Origin: Mayamaea pseudoterrestris
Lineage: Eukaryota
Assembly (NCBI GenBank): GCA_027923505.1
Contig: BROI01000001.1
Span: 1,426,001 to 1,490,000 of the forward strand
Direction: 5' to 3'
DNA: 64,000 nt
Part shown: piece after piece, positions 11,342 to 23,259 of the stretch
Layout: each line of letters begins with the position of its first letter
Numbering within the stretch: the stretch's first letter is position 1
The notes under the pieces: generated by a model
What the model saw: only the letters and a program-made list of their open reading frames with translations
Told to the model about the DNA's origin: nothing
The model's database searches: none
Translations under genes and position numbers: made by a program

Positions 11342-12601
11342 TTACCAGAATTTCCACCACGCAGCAAGGGGAACAGGAGCGCCTAGAGCGAGAAGCTTGC
11401 CAAACGCCTTGGCATAGTCCTTGAAAAACAGGGCCTCGTCGGCAGCGTATGCCATAACATACTTTTTGAATTCTGGGTCGGCAATCAAGGCCAAGTCACC
11501 TGGAAGCATCATGAGCTGCCCCGTGGAGTCTTCGTATTGATCAGGGCCTGTAAATACACAATAGAAACAAGAGGTGAGCATAGAATGTAAAATAAGCACT
11601 CAGATAAATTCTTATTGCACGGACGTACCCTTCCATGGCTTTCCATTGTGCGTCGTCTTTAGTGACCAGCGCTCTTCCAGTAACAGGCGAAAGTACTCGT
11701 TTGAAAAGGTATTTTCCGCAAACGTCCAAGGTCCATGGTAGCCAGAGCGATCCGTGTGGCATCGTCCCAAGGCGTGCGCGCCCATTAAAGCAACAATCTC
11801 TTGGTCGTTGAACCCCATTCGGTAAAATACATCGCGAACATGTTGAACGGTCTTGACCATTGATCCCTTATCAGCATCTGGCAAGCGACCATCTGGAGGA
11901 GACGTTTCTCCCGAATCAAAATCAACGCGGCCTGCCGAGAATGGAATCTTGGGACCTCCACATTCTTCTACAGCAACCACACTTGCGTATGTATAGAGGT
12001 CTGCGTAACTAATTTCGGGAAACTTGGCCTTGACAGGTTCAAGTGCGTCGCGAGCTACCTTCAAGCCTGCATTGGCTCCGATCGAAGCTTCCGGGTCGAA
12101 GCGCATGCGACCACCGTTCGAACCACCGGTATTGTCGGCCTTGGAGTATGTTCCAGACGCATGCCAAGACAGTCGGATCATGGTGCCATACAAACTGGTG
12201 CCATCGCGGCGCTTCTCGGCGTCCTGTTCAATCATTGAAACGATTGATTCGCGGACTTTTTTGAGATCGACGGCTTCTTTGGCAAAGACAGGTTCTGGAT
12301 ACGTATGGTAGAGTGTCAATGCAGTAACGGCAGCTGGTCCAGCCATGCGCTAAATAAAAGACATGAATCATAGGTCGGTGAGTTAGTAACGTTACCCTGT
12401 AGGAGTGAGGATCAATAATAGCTAGTTGAAGAAGCACATGCGCCAAACTTCAGATGGATACCGCCTGCTGCAGAAGCGTCGTTGATGACCCACAAAATTG
12501 ATCAGGACGCGGGAACTAAAATCGAATGGCTTGTTTGTTGCCACCACGATGATCACAATGGGGGTTCTTACATGAACAGAAAAACGAGCTGCTTGAAACA
12601 T
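11342..12601 (-). CDS. CCP1: Class I heme peroxidase (mitochondrial cytochrome c peroxidase/APX-like); exons 12601-12572, 12349-11629, 11547-11342
   Basis: [43 protein letters not shown] and MMLPGDLAL. In-frame GT-AG introns give the leader [14 protein letters not shown], which looks mitochondrial. Confidence 0.88.
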
Positions 12602-12828
12602 TGTCGTAGGTGTATTGATGTTGAGATTGACTGTGACGATGAAGATGCGCGCTTGTGAATGTTTGACACGCCACCACTATGAGCCTTTGTGTACGAGACG
12701 CGTCGCCCCGATCCAGCGAAGGTTATCATTATCCTTAAATGACTCGTGACTCGTGGATGTTGCACGCGGTACAAGTAGGATTGCACGTTAGCTAAACGCA
12801 ACACCAAGTTTGAAATGACAAGATTGCA

Positions 12829-13746
12829 TTAAAGTTTATCTACTGGTGATGTAATTTGAGCGACATCATCCTCGACCCACGAAAATGCTTGCTTGGCGTA
12901 AAGAGCGCTCGAGCCAAGCAGCGCCAAGCCTGTGAAGGCAGCTCCAGCCTGCCATGGAAATTCTTGACTGTACCATACACCGCGCGCCATGAAGGTTGCG
13001 AAAAAGGGAATCGACAAGAGACCAGTAATTTCCGCATTGAGAACCTTGTGCATGCGGGTCGAAAGCTTGGTGGACATTGGTTCCACCATTTCGTTCCCCC
13101 AAATGCCCTTGGCTCTTCGCAGGTGCGTCAACGCTGGAAACGCTCCAATGCCACCCTGGACGCCAACGGTAGCCATTTTGATCCAAAAAAATGGTTCATG
13201 CGAATAAAAGTCAAAGCCTTTGCCATAGTCAATGGTGCGTGACGCGCCAGTCGCGACAATGGCGAAAAAGGAAATCAAGTACAAGGCATCCGCAATGGCT
13301 GCGTTACGTTCCTGCTCACGCGTCATGCCAGGCTGAATGGTGACGCGCTCGTAGACTAGCAAGCCCATGGCGGCGAGTAGACCAAAATAGTGGCCGTAGG
13401 CAAAGAGTGCACTTGGAACGGCACCTCCTCCAGTCGCAGCGTCGGCAGGCATGGCAGTCGTCAGAATGGGAACGGCAGCAATGAGAGCCGGTAAAAAGAT
13501 TGAAACAGGATGAGTTGAGTCCTTTGCTGAAGTCAAATCTTGCAAGTTGCTCTTGATTTCAGCTGATGGAGCGGAGAGTCGTGTCGCATCAATCTTGGCT
13601 TCATCGATTTGCAGCTTTACTCGTACATGAGATACTTTACTTTTAGTAAGTCCATCGTAGCTTTTCCTTTCAGCGCTTGGTGTAAAACCGTTAGCAGTGG
13701 AAAGGGCAAGAGCTGCAATAGCATACAAGGAAAGATTTTGCATCAT
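12829..13746 (-). CDS. DUF2214 family membrane protein, probably plastid-targeted
   Basis: YGHY, AD.LY, KG.DFY.HEPFFWIKM and IPFFATFMARG; signal peptide ending ANG-F (ASAFAP-like). Confidence 0.8.
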   Translation of the reverse strand: MMQNLSLYAIAALALSTANGFTPSAERKSYDGLTKSKVSHVRVKLQIDEAKIDATRLSAPSAEIKSNLQDLTSAKDSTHPVSIFLPALIAAVPILTTAMPADAATGGGAVPSALFAYGHYFGLLAAMGLLVYERVTIQPGMTREQERNAAIADALYLISFFAIVATGASRTIDYGKGFDFYSHEPFFWIKMATVGVQGGIGAFPALTHLRRAKGIWGNEMVEPMSTKLSTRMHKVLNAEITGLLSIPFFATFMARGVWYSQEFPWQAGAAFTGLALLGSSALYAKQAFSWVEDDVAQITSPVDKL

Positions 13747-13962
13747 GATGTTTGATGTCGGATCCTTACACTGCAAGTCCATGCGATGGATCGGATTTTG
13801 TGATGGCTGCGATGATATCCAAAATCATCGCAGCGGTACTGCGTACGACAGGCTACCAGGTTTGACAGCTCGATCATCCAGCATATAGAGAGGATTGATA
13901 TTATTGTTCGTTGACATTCTTTGAATTTGACAATACTTGTATACAGTAATACGTATAATTTG

Positions 13963-14865
13963 TTATGTTTGTACAATCACATTGGCTTGATGTCGCGACC
14001 GCTCGGTAATCCAAACTACGTTGCGCCAATCCAACGCCTCCACCTTGTGCTTGGCTCCCTCCTCACCGGCACCCCAAAGATCAATCTTTTGCTGCGTCCA
14101 GTTTCGCAAATGCCGTCCAATCAACCGACTCTTTTGTTCGTCTTGATTGGCACATTCGATGAACCAGGTGTCGTCAAACACACGTTTGAGCGGCGCCCAT
14201 TCGGCCTCGTCAAAGGCCAGCAAGTAGTTGCCTTCAAAAAAGATGATACTTGTACTCGTTTCAATCTTGACACCATTCGGCACCGGATTGCTAATGCTAC
14301 GATCGTAGATTGGTAGAGATGCGTGGCCGTCTCGACGAACCTTTTGGTAGGCATTAACGCAGGCTTGCGCATTGTAGGTCGACGAAGAGCCTCGCTGGAG
14401 CATGAGCTTGTCAAACGTGGTATCAGTCTTTTTGGCAATCTCCTTTAGTTCATCCGTGTGGTAGTGGAAGCCATCCATGGGAACGACAATGGTGGAAATC
14501 TCGGATCTCTTTTGATGAATCTCGCGGACAACGTTTTCACAAATGGTCGTCTTTCCAGATCCTGGACCACCAGCGACACCAACAAATAGTTGATTGTTAG
14601 GTAGCTTGTCCTTATTTGTCTCCCACTGTAAAAGGCATCGATCGGCAAGCGCTGATATTGATGGATCTGTTGATAGTCCGTCGGACATGTTGAAGCTTAT
14701 CGTTGTGAGTAGAAAGACGACTGCTGATGGAATTTTTAAAGCACTTTTGATGCTTATTCTAGGCATTCTATCAGTAATGTATAAGTCTGTGGCAAGTGAG
14801 GGTCTTAAACATTTGTCAGTTTTGAATCTCGACGGCCGCATGCCGACTTTCTTCGACGCAAACAA
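13963..14865 (-). CDS. Uridine kinase/PRK-like P-loop kinase (YFH7-like); true start uncertain
   Basis: GVAGGPGSGKTT, PMDGFH, RG, P.YDR and FEGNYLL. Confidence 0.82.
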   Translation of the reverse strand: MFASKKVGMRPSRFKTDKCLRPSLATDLYITDRMPRISIKSALKIPSAVVFLLTTISFNMSDGLSTDPSISALADRCLLQWETNKDKLPNNQLFVGVAGGPGSGKTTICENVVREIHQKRSEISTIVVPMDGFHYHTDELKEIAKKTDTTFDKLMLQRGSSSTYNAQACVNAYQKVRRDGHASLPIYDRSISNPVPNGVKIETSTSIIFFEGNYLLAFDEAEWAPLKRVFDDTWFIECANQDEQKSRLIGRHLRNWTQQKIDLWGAGEEGAKHKVEALDWRNVVWITERSRHQANVIVQT

Positions 14866-15130
14866 ATGGGTTGAAACGTCATTTCAACGCAGCGGTACTT
14901 GACTAGCTACCCACATCAGTCCAGAATTTGCCGCACACAAGGTTCTTCGCAGTCAAGGAGTATAAAGTCTACTTTACATGCTCAGTAACATCGGAATTAA
15001 CACAAGAATGCATTTAATAATATAATCTGATAATCAACCTCCGTATAATGAGTCGCCCACGGAGTCACACGTAAAATTTCGGAAGCATGCAAAGTGCTTG
15101 GAAATGCGCGATATATAGACGTGTCAGCTA

Positions 15131-16952
15131 CTAATCGTGCGGATCAACCATAGTATAGGGAGAGGTGATAGAATCGTCGCTCGCAGTTGACCGAGATTGA
15201 TCGTGCTCACCCGTCGAGTCTCCATCCAGTTTCTTGTCGCTGCCAGTGGGAGGAGACTTCGTCTCTTTAGTGTCCACCGCAGTTGCCTGCCCGGCTTGGG
15301 TTTTGGCGGGCGCAGCCGTGGTCGCATAGATCTTAATCTCTTTAATATCAATCTTTTTCAACGCATCGAGGCTTACATTACCGCATGACGAGTCGGATGG
15401 CACAATGCACTCGAGGACCTGCGGGGGTTCGATTGCGCTGGCAGATTTTTCCACTTGATCTTGGCCGAGTTGCGCTTGCGCGAGGAGATCAAGTGGCTGA
15501 TCAACGCAACTCGAGTTGCGGGGGCTATCCTTGTATTCTAGAATCTTCTTGCGCATAATTTCTTTACCAGTATGAGCCACGTCATCCAACATGTTCCAAA
15601 CGCGATCCCACTCGTTCGTGTTCGCCAAGTCTTTACACACAGCATCCTGCCAAGCCTTTTCGTATCGCTTGTTCTTGAACTGATTCATCTTGCGCAGCGT
15701 CTCCGGATCTGTGATAGCTATAAGAGTCTCTGTTTTGGCAAAGTAAGTAAAATTTGTTAGGCAACGGTAACTGTAAAGTCCATTCGACGGGCCGATGTAG
15801 CATGCTTACCTGACTTCAAGTGTCCACCATCCAACGGAACATCTGAATAGGCTGTTTTGGCCTCTTCATTTAAATCGGCATGGTCGGGAGCACTCGCTAC
15901 ATCAGAACTAGCTTGGGCATGGGCGTCATCGCCCTCTTCCGTTCCGCCATCTGCAAAAAGGGCTTTGATGGGTTTTCCAATGTATCCACAGTGAGTCGCG
16001 TTCGAAACTGAGGCCTTGCCGCTGTCGACCATTGTGCCACGGGAGTTGGTCAGCACGCCGTCAAGCTGGCATAGTCGCTGTATGAAATACGGATGTGCAT
16101 AATCGCCGAGATTGTACTCGTACGCAATATCATACGCAACATCCAGCTGGACAAGGTCAAAGCATTTGTCAAGACATACAGCAATCCAAACTTTCATGTT
16201 TTTGTGACAGAAAAAGCGGAGCAGGCTTTCGACAATCATTCGATCCTTGGACGCACGGGCAATGTCAATGCAATGCATCCACATTTCCAGTTCCGATGAA
16301 ATATCAATCGCATGCTGATGCATCTTATTGCGGCAATAAAGCGTCGCCGCGATGCGCGTACACACAATCGTCTTCTGCTTCTCAAGCTTGTCTGCGAGGC
16401 GTGCCGTATCAAAGTTGCTCGTGCGGATAATCAGCTTATCAAGAGCGTCGTAATCTTCAACATCGAGGTAGTACTCTATCACGACTTCAGTGATCAATCG
16501 ATAATCTGATTTGAACGGTGGCAATAGGCCTGTTAAAGCCCACTGCAAATATGCATGCCCCATGCAGATGCCGCGGTTTCCAACCCCACGAAGGACACTA
16601 AGAACTTGCGAGGGTTCAATGTCAGTTCGTACTTTCAAAATTTCCAATAATTTAGGGACAACGGCCGGGTAGTGGGTGAGGCATTTGCCGAGACCCTCGT
16701 AAACAAGCGTCGATATGGAGACCTTTGCGAGGGAGCCGAGAAACCGAGTGTCATCCCAGGCATCGGCATGCTGCATCATTGTTTTAATGGCATTGTCGTG
16801 TTGCTGGGCTTGGATGTAAATAAGGGCAATAGATTTGAACTGGCCAGCTACTTCGAACGCCTTGACAGTCTCCGAGACATCCACCTTCAGTACGTCCTTG
16901 TTCTCTTCAGCTTTTGGAACGGGTCTGAACATTTTCTCTATTTTCTTGTCTC

Positions 16953-16990
<38 letters not shown>

Positions 16991-17025
16991 AACGTGCTGG
17001 CGGTTTTAGGTGAGTTTTTCTCCAT
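15131..17025 (-). CDS. Clathrin heavy-chain-repeat fragment protein, paralog 1; exons 17025-15810, 15708-15131
   Basis: HDNAIKTMMQH.DAW, EDYDAL....I....NFD...LA.KLEK, VESLLRFF and DYAHPYFIQ resemble the C-terminal CHCR of clathrin heavy chain. A phase-1 intron at 15709-15809 joins the two ORFs. Confidence 0.72.
16954..16991. repeat. CAG/CTG microsatellite encoding poly-Gln
   Basis: A (ctg)n run is visible and translates to about 12 Gln on the minus strand. Confidence 0.9.
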
Positions 17026-17593
17026 GCTGTAGCTGCGTTTTGCCTTCGCGGTTGTTCTGATATGATGCTGTTGTAGATTCCTGTCTTGCTCTAGAGAATG
17101 CAATTATGCACTCAATATCAATTCAAGTGTTCGAGCGCTTTGGACTGTCGTTGAGAGCCATGAAACGCTTCTCAAGGTGTTCCACGGCAACTGTCCACGT
17201 TTTCACCGAACGCAATTTGGCGATCGCCTACGACATGTCGTATCGATACTGCTAACATGCCTAGCTAGCTGTGAGGGGACCTGTGTTGATACAAACGGTA
17301 GCTGCAAGCTTTCAAACCTATCGCGAAAGCTTGATTTGCGCGGGAGTTTTTCGTGTCAACTCGAGGCGCCAGGCGCCCAAGTTGTGAGCGGGATCGGAGC
17401 TTTTGGCGATCGCGAGCCGGCACGGCCGAACTCATCGTAGCGGTACTGATCTCGTCTGGACCTCATCCGTGCGATCCGCGAAAGCCAACCAAACTTTTGC
17501 GTGAGATCCAATTCTTCGAAAGCTTGTCAACGCCGCCATTGATTCTCACACGAGAAAAAATCATTGTTCCAATCAAGCCAATACAAAGTAACA

Positions 17594-19123
17594 ATGGGTG
17601 AGAAATCAATGGCAAAGAAGAAGCTGAAGGAAGCGCAAAAGCTTCGGGAGGAGGCGGAGCGCATCGCCAAGGAAGCCAAACTGTTGGAGGAAGCGGCTGC
17701 TGCCAAGAAGGCAGACTCGTCGTCGTCGTCATCGAGCTCGGACAGTAGCGACTCGGAGGATGAAAAGGCCAAGAGCAAGTCCAAGACATTGGCCAAGAAG
17801 GTTGCTGCTGTCACGAAGAAGAAGAAGGAGGAGTCGTCGTCTGACTCGAGCGACAGTGATTCGTCGGATGACGACAAGAAGAAGCCATCCACCAAGGCCA
17901 AGGTGACGGAGGCGAAGAAGACCAAGGCTGTCAAGATTGAAAAGGAAAGCTCCAGTAGCAGTGACAGTGACTCTTCCGACGATGAGGAAGAGGAGAAGAC
18001 TGCCGCTACCAAGCCAGTCAAGAAGGAAGTCGCCGCCGCCAAGAAGGAAACGAAGAAAGAAGCAAGCAGCAGCTCGTCCGACTCTGACTCGTCCAGCGAT
18101 AGCGAAATGGAGGAAGCTGCCAAGCCCGAAGTATCTGCCAAGAAGACCAAGACCAAGGATGATGCTTCCAGCTCCGCATCATCGTCATCGGACAGCAGCG
18201 ACAGCGAGGACGAGGAGGAAGAAACACCCAAGGACACTACCTCTTCCAAGCGCAAGGAAGCCAAGTCACCTTCCGAATCGGACCGCCCGACAAAAAAGCA
18301 GGCGATTGACACGACTGTTGCCGCCGCTGACGGAGAAGACGTTGCGTCAACGACCAAGGTGTACGTGCGCGGCTTGCCGTGGCTCACGGTCGAGTCGGAG
18401 GTGCGCGAGTTCTTTGCCTCCTGCGGCGACATTCTTTCGTGCGAGTTGCCCGTCATGAATGACGGACGGTCGTCGGGTACAGCCAACATTGAGTTTGCAT
18501 CTGAAGAAGCGGCGGCCAAGGCGATTGAAATGAACGAGGCTGACTATCAGGGCCGTTGGTTGAGCGTCAAGTACTGGGCGCCCCTCACCACGTCGACGCC
18601 AAAGTTTGAAAGCACCCCCAAGCCGGATGGTTGCATGACAGTGTTTGTTGGAAACTTGCCGTGGTCCATTGACGAGGACACCATGCGAGCCACCTTTGCC
18701 GAGTGTGGCGAAATTACCAATGTTCGATTCGCAACGGATCGCGAGACTGGTGATTTCAAGGGATTTGGTCACGTTGAGTTTGCCAGTACGGAGGCGACGG
18801 ATGCTGCCGTGGCCTTGGCTGGAACCGATGTACTTGGCCGCAACATTCGCGTCGACTATGCACCCGACAGGCGCGCCGGTGGTGGTTTCACTCCGGGATC
18901 TGGCGGTCGTGGAGGCGGACGAGGAGGTGGCCGCGGCGGAGGACGAGGCGGCGGAGGTCGTGGCTACATGCAGGACGGTGGAAGTGGTGGTCGTGGTGGA
19001 GGTCGCGGCGGCGGACGAGGTGGTGGCCGCGGAGCAGGACGTGGCGGTGGATCTGGAGGATTCAAGGCCAAGCAGCATGGAAGTATTGCAGGTTTTGCTG
19101 GCAAGAAGATTACGTTCGACTAA
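17594..19123 (+). CDS. Nucleolin/NSR1-like RNA-binding protein
   Basis: Ser/acidic/Lys-rich N-terminus, two RRMs (VYVRGLPW; VFVGNLPW...KGFGHVEF), RGG box and C-terminal GKKITFD. Confidence 0.92.
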   Translation: MGEKSMAKKKLKEAQKLREEAERIAKEAKLLEEAAAAKKADSSSSSSSSDSSDSEDEKAKSKSKTLAKKVAAVTKKKKEESSSDSSDSDSSDDDKKKPSTKAKVTEAKKTKAVKIEKESSSSSDSDSSDDEEEEKTAATKPVKKEVAAAKKETKKEASSSSSDSDSSSDSEMEEAAKPEVSAKKTKTKDDASSSASSSSDSSDSEDEEEETPKDTTSSKRKEAKSPSESDRPTKKQAIDTTVAAADGEDVASTTKVYVRGLPWLTVESEVREFFASCGDILSCELPVMNDGRSSGTANIEFASEEAAAKAIEMNEADYQGRWLSVKYWAPLTTSTPKFESTPKPDGCMTVFVGNLPWSIDEDTMRATFAECGEITNVRFATDRETGDFKGFGHVEFASTEATDAAVALAGTDVLGRNIRVDYAPDRRAGGGFTPGSGGRGGGRGGGRGGGRGGGGRGYMQDGGSGGRGGGRGGGRGGGRGAGRGGGSGGFKAKQHGSIAGFAGKKITFD

Positions 19124-19245
19124 ACTGCGCGAGTTGCGTTAAATTGGACTAGACTTGGTAGTCTGTCGAAACAATGAAATATGTGTTTGTCGTTAAACGA
19201 TCTATAAAGTTGATTACAAAGCTGCAGCAAGTTGATAGTAGTTGT

Positions 19246-20289
19246 TCAATGTGCACAGCATAGTCTACACTGACAGGCTGGTGCTTTGCCGTTACTCTTG
19301 CTTCCATTTTGCTTGGCTTGCCCCTTGGCCATGTCGGCTGCCACGTCCATTTGAATGAGCATGGGATGAAGGTTGCGCAAACCATACTTTGTTTGTGCGT
19401 TGCGAAACAACTTCATCAACCGCAGACTGGAGTATTTCAGCGAAAAGTGCGTCAATAGAAACATGGTATTTGGATGCGCCTGAATGACTGGACGCAAATG
19501 CTTCCAGTGCATGTGCTTGGTTTCTTCTGCGCGCTGCAAATCAGCGTCGTCAATGAAGGAGCACTCCACAATAATCACGTCATGCTGTAGCGGCAAGTCT
19601 GGATATTTTTCAAAGACGCGATGCGTCGTATCACCAAGAAAGCAGAGAACTGGCTCTTTGACAGACTCTGTGATAGAAATGGCTTGCCGTTTGAGTGAGC
19701 CAATCTCTCGACCGGAGAGGGTTGCATACTCTCGCTTGAGTCGTTCCTTCATGCGAAAGATGCTGTAGCCGTAGCATACAATTCGATGGTCGCATTCTAT
19801 AGGCTGCATAATGTATTCCTTCCCGCCCTTTTGCTTGATAATGTACTCTTGACCAAGCTGCACGGGTTGTAGAGTATAGTTTAGTTTCGTTTGATTGTGC
19901 GCGGCGAATGCTTCGTCACCGCACTCAATGAGCTCGAAGTAGGCGTCAATATGACGCTGCATCAATGGTATCGTCTGCTCTGGAGCGTAAATGACGAGAG
20001 GATTCGCAGCGACTGCTTTTTGTACAAGCGCGCCAAGGTTGGAAACATGATCCGAGTGAGTGTGAGTGATGAACAGTGTGCGTGGTGGCGACGTTGTCAC
20101 GAGAGCTCCTGCGTCAAGCATCCATCGCAGCTCCGGAACGAAAAAGCTTGTTCCATCACCAGCGCGACTGCGGCCAGTTAGAGTGAGCGAGTTTCCAATG
20201 GTCAAGGTGGCGGTTGGCGTTAGCATGGCCATGATGAATGATACTCTATGAGCGAGTGAATTGAAAAAAGGGGAATACGAGGCACACAT
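19246..20289 (-). CDS. tRNase Z short form (metallo-beta-lactamase fold); start may be 20232
   Basis: LDAG, FITHTHSDH, H...YGY, FLGDT, IVECSF, HMHW and LTHFS.KY. Confidence 0.85.
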   Translation of the reverse strand: MCASYSPFFNSLAHRVSFIMAMLTPTATLTIGNSLTLTGRSRAGDGTSFFVPELRWMLDAGALVTTSPPRTLFITHTHSDHVSNLGALVQKAVAANPLVIYAPEQTIPLMQRHIDAYFELIECGDEAFAAHNQTKLNYTLQPVQLGQEYIIKQKGGKEYIMQPIECDHRIVCYGYSIFRMKERLKREYATLSGREIGSLKRQAISITESVKEPVLCFLGDTTHRVFEKYPDLPLQHDVIIVECSFIDDADLQRAEETKHMHWKHLRPVIQAHPNTMFLLTHFSLKYSSLRLMKLFRNAQTKYGLRNLHPMLIQMDVAADMAKGQAKQNGSKSNGKAPACQCRLCCAH

Positions 20290-20471
20290 CTATAACCGAT
20301 GCGACGTTTGGCGGTACTCACCAAAGATTCTGTCGTTTGCGGTTTTCTTGAAGAGGCATCACGATGAGAACGGACATCGAAAGTTACCAACTCGAGGTTT
20401 GATCAGCATAGTGTGCCGGAAATAAAGGGTCGATTTCCAAACAGAGCGAAAGCGAATAGCCTACTTCTACC

Positions 20472-22747
20472 ATGTCGACAAAATCAGCATTGCCGCGACC
20501 AGCAGGTGACGCCTGGCGTAGACGTGTGCTGGAAATTCAGTCGAACCAGTCCATGTCCTATACTGAAAATCGCGATGAGCCGAGCCCGTTCATCTCAAGC
20601 TGCTTTTCTACAGAAACTTACTTTGAAACCGCTGACAGTTTGTTTGCGTTGTTCCAAAAGTACATTACGGATATGCGGCTCGACGACGCTTACTCAACTG
20701 GTAAACTCTATTGCAAGGTTTGTGACGAATGTGGACATTACTGCATTATACAGGAGTACGACAAGTACCGGTTCAAGCATAATGCACAAGTCGTTGTAGT
20801 AACTGAACAGCTCAAGATTATCAGGGAAGAGATGGATAAAGAAGAATTGAAAAAGCAGCAAGCGCAGAAACAGGAAAGCAAGCAAGAGCCCGCGAGCCAG
20901 TCACTTGATTCGACGATTAGCATTGCGGAACTCGCCGAGGCTTTTGAAGCGGATGAGCTGTTCAAGGCTCTTGCAGTTCTTCAGATTCGAGCCAAGCAGC
21001 CTGACTTGGCGCTCAAGACAATGATGAAACATGACGCAGCGTGGAAAGCAGCCTGGGTTCTTGATGCCACCGAGAAGGTTGCCGACAAGGAGCTGGTCTA
21101 TGATGCCATTAGTCATTGCCTTGGCAAGGATCCGGCGTTAATCCCTCGCATCTTGAAAGCCACGGAATCTCGAGTAGACATACTCCCTTTGCGGATACTT
21201 GATTGTCTTCTTGAAGCAGAAACTGATGGTTTGCATTTAGGTTTGTCGTATCTGAAGTCGATTCAGGCACATGTTGACCTGCCTGAGGTAAATGAGGCCT
21301 TGATCACGTACTATCTGAGTGTAGAGGACTACATTGCTCTTCACAAGTCAGTTTTGCGTGTGAAGAAATTTAACGCCATGGCGTTAGCTGAGAAACTTGA
21401 AACGGGCAAGACGGCCCTCGGCACATGCATCGCAGCGACTCTGTACTGTCGTATCAACCATTACCAGCACGCGATTGATATTTTGACAAGCCAGGAGCTG
21501 TGGAAGGAATGTATCCTAGTTGCGAAGACATCCGCGAATCGCGCGATAGTCGCAGAATTGCTTCGTTTCTTCTGCCGAAGCGGGATGAAGGTAGAAGCTG
21601 CCGCTTGTCTCGATACTTGCTTTGGTCTGATTCATCTCGACATTGCATATGATGTTGCGTACGAATACAAACTTGGTGACTACGCTCATCCGTTTATAAA
21701 GCAAAAGTTTTGTCAGCTCAGCCAACTCCTGCATCCGGAGCGACGCCTGGATGACGTTCCGAAGAAATCGGATCAAGTGTCGGTCTGCGAAAATGCCGGC
21801 ACATTCCCTGTGGCTCTCTTTCCTGAAACGGACGAAAGCATCAGCGTTCCATATGCACCATATTATAATGGTATGAACTTAGTTCGTGACTTTTGGCTCT
21901 CTGAGCATGTTGAGCCTGGTAAGCACAAGGACGGTTGTGACTAGTCCGCTTTTCCGATTTTACGGTCAATTGACTCGCTAAATCTTTTTTCGCTTGCCTT
22001 TTGACAGAAACCTTAGCCGCCGTCGAGACATTTCGCGTGCGGAACCAAGCCACGAACAAGCAGCGCGAACAAGCATGGCAATATGCTCGTCTAGTTGAGC
22101 TGAATAATCCTAACAGCTGGGAGCGAGTTTGGAATATGGTAAACGACGAGGAGGTCGCTAGTGACAAGACCGTTATGCGGGAGAAAATTCTTGAGTTCAA
22201 GAAGAACCCAAGCAGGGCTGGTTTACCAAAGGGTACATTAGACGTTTTACGATTCTTTTTACCTGGACGTGTTGAAGCTTGCTCTGCTAACAACAATGAA
22301 CGCAGCAAGCGGAAGTCTAAAGTCTCGAGTGTCAATAATGTTGGTGAATCGCCGGTCGTTCAGTCAGCAAGTGACGCTACCGCTCGTATTGGCAAATCGC
22401 CAGTCGGGTCAGCAAGCGGCGCTACCGCACATGATGGTTGCTGCGATGACAAAGCATCAACGGTGAACGTGGGCGATACCGCAGGAGACGAAGTTGCCAG
22501 CTCGGACTCTGATCAAAACTTAATTCTTGCATCGTCGGCAGGTTCGTCAGGCTCTGTCGGCGGCGAATTGCATTCCGATTCAAATCATAGCAGCAGTCGA
22601 TTTTCCGTTCATGAGTTCGATACAGTGGCGTCTGATGTCCGTTCCGTCGTCTCTGGTGACTCGGATATTCTTGCTGCTGAAGCCGACGGCTGCACCAATG
22701 ACGAGCATGCCAATGATGGCGACTCCTTTGTGCTTTGCGGTGAATAA
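20472..22747 (+). CDS. Clathrin heavy-chain-repeat fragment protein, paralog 2, with a USP8-dimer/MIT-like N-terminus; exons 20472-21918, 22008-22747
   Basis: Clear paralogy to 15131-17025 (KTMMKHDAAW, EDY.AL, CIAATLYCR, DYAHPF, WERVWNM, MREKILEFK). Intron 21919-22007 is at the equivalent position and phase. Confidence 0.72.
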
Positions 22748-23259
22748 TCCTGTGACTCCATCGATTCAAATGATTCTGCCAAGTATATGCGGCAAAAGCC
22801 AAAAGCGTCATTGCTATCATTTATGGAAGTGGAAGGCAAAAGCATGGCTTATTATGTGATGTGATGCACAAGATGTTGTACAAGTTGACTATGAGCAGAA
22901 GCTATAATTATTCTATTATGTATGCAATCTTTGATGCAGTGCCTGTACTTTACAGTACAAGTACCGCCGGCAGAGCGTTCGGCGCTTGCGAAATTCGGTC
23001 CGACTCACCAAGAGTCAGAACGGTCCCTTCCCCCTGTGGCAAAACGAAATTGCCGGCGCGCAGAACACGTTTTCAGTACTCACCCTGTAGAAATCACTCG
23101 TGCGGGTGTCCGTTGCCACAATCGTGTAACGCCTATTTTTAACGGTCAATGGCAATCAGTGTCTTAGCGTTACTAAGCATAAACCAGATCCACACGAGCA
23201 TCCGGGCACAGCATAACCAGTGCCACACACTCACATTGGGTTTGGACATGCAGGCACTG

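Noticed and set aside
12350..12571. Possible micro-exon or snoRNA in the long first intron of the peroxidase
   Set aside because: The internal cag/gtaac would leave an implausibly short second intron and break the frame, and no canonical C/D box pair is present.
17527..19078. Minus-strand ORFs of 330 and 243 aa over nucleolin
   Set aside because: They are antisense shadows of low-complexity coding sequence.
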